NCBI GenBank assembly: GCA_031268145.1
Contig: JAIRXS010000022.1
Coordinates: 9,574 to 73,573 of the forward strand
Direction: 5' to 3'
DNA: 64,000 bases
Source of the DNA: Candidatus Endomicrobiellum siamense
GTDB lineage: Bacteria > Elusimicrobiota > Endomicrobiia > Endomicrobiales > Endomicrobiaceae
A program made the position numbers and the translations under genes. Below, piece by piece: positions 61,677 to 64,000 of this stretch (within the stretch, counting starts at the first letter, position 1; every line of letters begins with the position of its first letter). The notes under the pieces were generated by a model. That model was given only the letters and a program-made list of their open reading frames with translations, had not been told where the DNA came from and ran no database searches.

Positions 61677-63764
61677 CTACTTAAAATTTACAACTGTCTC
61701 CATTGAAAACTTTTTCTCTTTTCCAGGCTCTACAATACACTTGACCAGTGGAAAAACAGCTGTCCCTTGGTATGCCCTTTCATAGCCATTGTCAGAATTC
61801 ATAACAGCTTCAACTGGATAAACAAACAAATCACATTTTTCAGACAAATTAAGTTCAATTTCTATTTTCAGATAATCATCGTACCTTTTCCAGGTCTCAA
61901 TATTTTTTAAATTTCCTATATCATCTCCAGTTTTAGAAGAAAAAGCAAATATTTGCTCTGGAGAAAAACAAATTTCCAAATTGTCACTACAATTATTTCT
62001 TATAGAATAATTAACATGATATCCTTTTTCTAGAGGGAAAATTTCTTTAATAAGTTTAACATTTTTCCCGTCAACATTTCCATATCGATATAATTTAAGC
62101 TTTGTTTTTTTCTTTAAAAATTTTCTTATACTAACGACTTCTCCCTCATATCTACCTGACACAAAATCGCCTTTTTCTTGATAATTGCCAAACAAACAAG
62201 CGTCATATTCTATATCACACGAAAAAAAATGATCTATTAAAGATGATCTTCTATAACTATCATATACTAGATATTTATCTAATTCAAATTCTTTAACTTT
62301 AATAGCATCATCATGTATACTTTGTACTTCTAAAGGACTATCATCTACCAATATAGCTTTATCAATATTTTCTCTTAACTTTTTGTGGTAAGGTTCATAA
62401 CGTCTTGTAAGCGTATCTAATAAATTGTAATTAATTTTAAAAATATCCCATTCAAAAATAGATCCTCCACAAGATGTAGCCACATAAATGTTTTGTGTTT
62501 TACTCTCATACAAATATTCTTCTTGACCATCACAGTTTAGATCAAAAATATTCCAAGAGGATTTTTTCAACATAGTTTTATTATAACAGTTTTCTGCTTT
62601 TATACTATTACTATAAATAGCATTTCTCAAATGAGGAAGATAAATGCCTCCAAAAACTCCATGCCAATACGCGCAATTACACTGGGCAGCATATAAAAAG
62701 TCTTTAGCTTTTCTAAAAGCTTTTTTGTCATTGTTTTTTAAAAACTCTAATTTATTCCCTACATAAAGTATTTTTTTATGCATATTATTTGATTCTTCAT
62801 ACTTTACAAGAAAATTTTTCCAAAAACCACCTCTTAAAAACTTTTTTTCTTCCGTATCATAAGTATTCCTATTTAAAACACCTTCAAAACTCTCTTGCTG
62901 CTGTGATGGCAGTGCCCATTTAGACATCTCAAAATAAGATGAGCATGGCAAATATACTCTGCCAGAAGATTTTTTTAATCTTAAGATTTCACTAAACGTT
63001 ACAGTTTCTACAATATCTGCATTATTTTCTAATGCAGTTAAAAAATTAATTAACCATTTATTTTCGTAAACATGCTTATATGTACTAGGCCACATTCCAA
63101 ACTTTTCACCATCATCTGCCATTACAACAATAGGGTCTTCCATAGGACTTTCTTGTATTAAATACTTAAAATATTCAATTGTATCTTCTACGTTAGAAAA
63201 AGGAATTAAATATCTCATTTTTTGCCTTATAGGGAATATATTTAATTTACAACCTTCTTCTTCTGTCGTATAGTAACCATTTAACTTATCAATATTAAAA
63301 CCTGCATTTGCAAAATGGCAATCGTCCAAAACTGTATAATTCATGCCCGCCTGAGCAAAAACTTTTGGCATAGAAGGTTCCCAAACTCTTTCTGCAAGCC
63401 ACATGCCATTTGCCTGATTAATCCCAAACTTGTTTTTTATATATTTAGTCAATTTTTCTATTTGTCCTAATTTATCTTTATCTGGGATAGAAGACATTAT
63501 AGGCTCAAAATAGCCTCCAGATAATACCTCTAATCTTCCCTTTTTAACAAGCTCTTGAACATCTTTAATATATTCTTTGTGTTCTTGCTCTAAATATTCC
63601 CAAAGGATTCCACTTAAATGTAAATTCCATTTTATGTTCACACGTTTAGACAAAACATCTAAAAACGGTTTATATGACGATTGATAAGCTTTTTCAAAAA
63701 CCCAACCAAAATTACCAACTGGTTGGTGATTATGCGTACAAAAGATAAACTTAACTTTACTCAT
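61677..63764 (-). CDS. glycoside hydrolase family 57 enzyme (4-alpha-glucanotransferase / alpha-amylase-like)
   Basis: 695 aa with 'CTHNHQPVGNF', 'WLAERVWEP' (candidate nucleophile Glu) and 'MADDGEKFG' (candidate acid/base Asp). Confidence 0.85.
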   Translation of the reverse strand: MSKVKFIFCTHNHQPVGNFGWVFEKAYQSSYKPFLDVLSKRVNIKWNLHLSGILWEYLEQEHKEYIKDVQELVKKGRLEVLSGGYFEPIMSSIPDKDKLGQIEKLTKYIKNKFGINQANGMWLAERVWEPSMPKVFAQAGMNYTVLDDCHFANAGFNIDKLNGYYTTEEEGCKLNIFPIRQKMRYLIPFSNVEDTIEYFKYLIQESPMEDPIVVMADDGEKFGMWPSTYKHVYENKWLINFLTALENNADIVETVTFSEILRLKKSSGRVYLPCSSYFEMSKWALPSQQQESFEGVLNRNTYDTEEKKFLRGGFWKNFLVKYEESNNMHKKILYVGNKLEFLKNNDKKAFRKAKDFLYAAQCNCAYWHGVFGGIYLPHLRNAIYSNSIKAENCYNKTMLKKSSWNIFDLNCDGQEEYLYESKTQNIYVATSCGGSIFEWDIFKINYNLLDTLTRRYEPYHKKLRENIDKAILVDDSPLEVQSIHDDAIKVKEFELDKYLVYDSYRRSSLIDHFFSCDIEYDACLFGNYQEKGDFVSGRYEGEVVSIRKFLKKKTKLKLYRYGNVDGKNVKLIKEIFPLEKGYHVNYSIRNNCSDNLEICFSPEQIFAFSSKTGDDIGNLKNIETWKRYDDYLKIEIELNLSEKCDLFVYPVEAVMNSDNGYERAYQGTAVFPLVKCIVEPGKEKKFSMETVVNFK

Positions 63765-64000
63765 TTTTCCGCCTTAGATAAACTTAAATATTCTTTTTCT
63801 ATTAAAGGTATAACATTTACCCTATCATCTCTTGGCAAAACTCTTGACTCTAGCTCAATCCCTTTTTGATAAATTTTATATAAAAATTCTATATCTGTAT
63901 TATCAGCACATACATTGTTCAAAATTTGCTTCTTACCATTAGAAAAATGCATCCCACCAATATTTAAAGAATTAAACTTTATACCACTCTCTAATATATC
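63761..64000 (-). CDS. hypothetical protein, C-terminal part only (5' end beyond the window)
   Basis: The reading frame stays open from base 64000 ('DILESGIKFNSLNIGG' precedes the track's Met). There is a 4-bp ATGA overlap with the GH57 start. I recognise no motif. Confidence 0.4.
   Translation of the reverse strand, partial: DILESGIKFNSLNIGGMHFSNGKKQILNNVCADNTDIEFLYKIYQKGIELESRVLPRDDRVNVIPLIEKEYLSLSKAEK

Overview
This is an AT-rich bacterial chromosome segment of 64 kb. Every intact gene I can support lies on the minus strand; the only plus-strand coding signals are two pseudogene fragments. No search tools were available. All family calls rest on hand translation and remembered motifs, and every one needs HMM/BLAST confirmation.

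Core content is housekeeping and anaerobic-fermentative metabolism:
- carA, an archaeal-type three-polypeptide glutamate synthase, and nadE
- glyA, tsaC, argC, rsmI, an LpxL-type acyltransferase, and smc
- adhE, an [FeFe]-hydrogenase-like protein, and Bcd/EtfB/ferredoxin-fused EtfA
- the rnc-fabF-acpP-fabG-fabD-fabH-plsX-rpmF-yceD block, ackA, and clpB
- purH, recX, ligA, nusB, an SPFH/NfeD pair, lepB, and lepA
- ptsI-ptsH-manZ-manY and a GH57 glucanotransferase-like enzyme

At least nine loci are visibly decayed:
- a PHP phosphatase
- three IS remnants
- a GT8 fragment
- mfd
- a DUF362 Fe-S protein
- an S8 protease with a T9SS-like tail
- a small membrane ORF

This density fits a reductively evolving, host-associated Gram-negative anaerobe. 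An Elusimicrobia/Endomicrobium-like endosymbiont is a low-confidence guess.

There are two accessory patches. One spans about 6.0-11.4 kb and ends at tRNA-Asp. The other spans about 27.9-29.2 kb upstream of adhE.

The items most worth follow-up are:
- An orphan GHKL-ATPase plus STAS-like (DUF4325-type) two-gene module sits in IS debris and is flanked by a perfect 68-bp direct repeat.
- A compact SDR / serine-palmitoyltransferase-like / GNAT operon resembles the bacterial ceramide pathway (CerR-Spt-bCerS).
- A 167-nt GC-rich, highly structured element replaces the 3' end of an IS200-type tnpA.
- The S8 protease gene and the small ORF upstream of smc both carry homopolymer-linked frameshifts.
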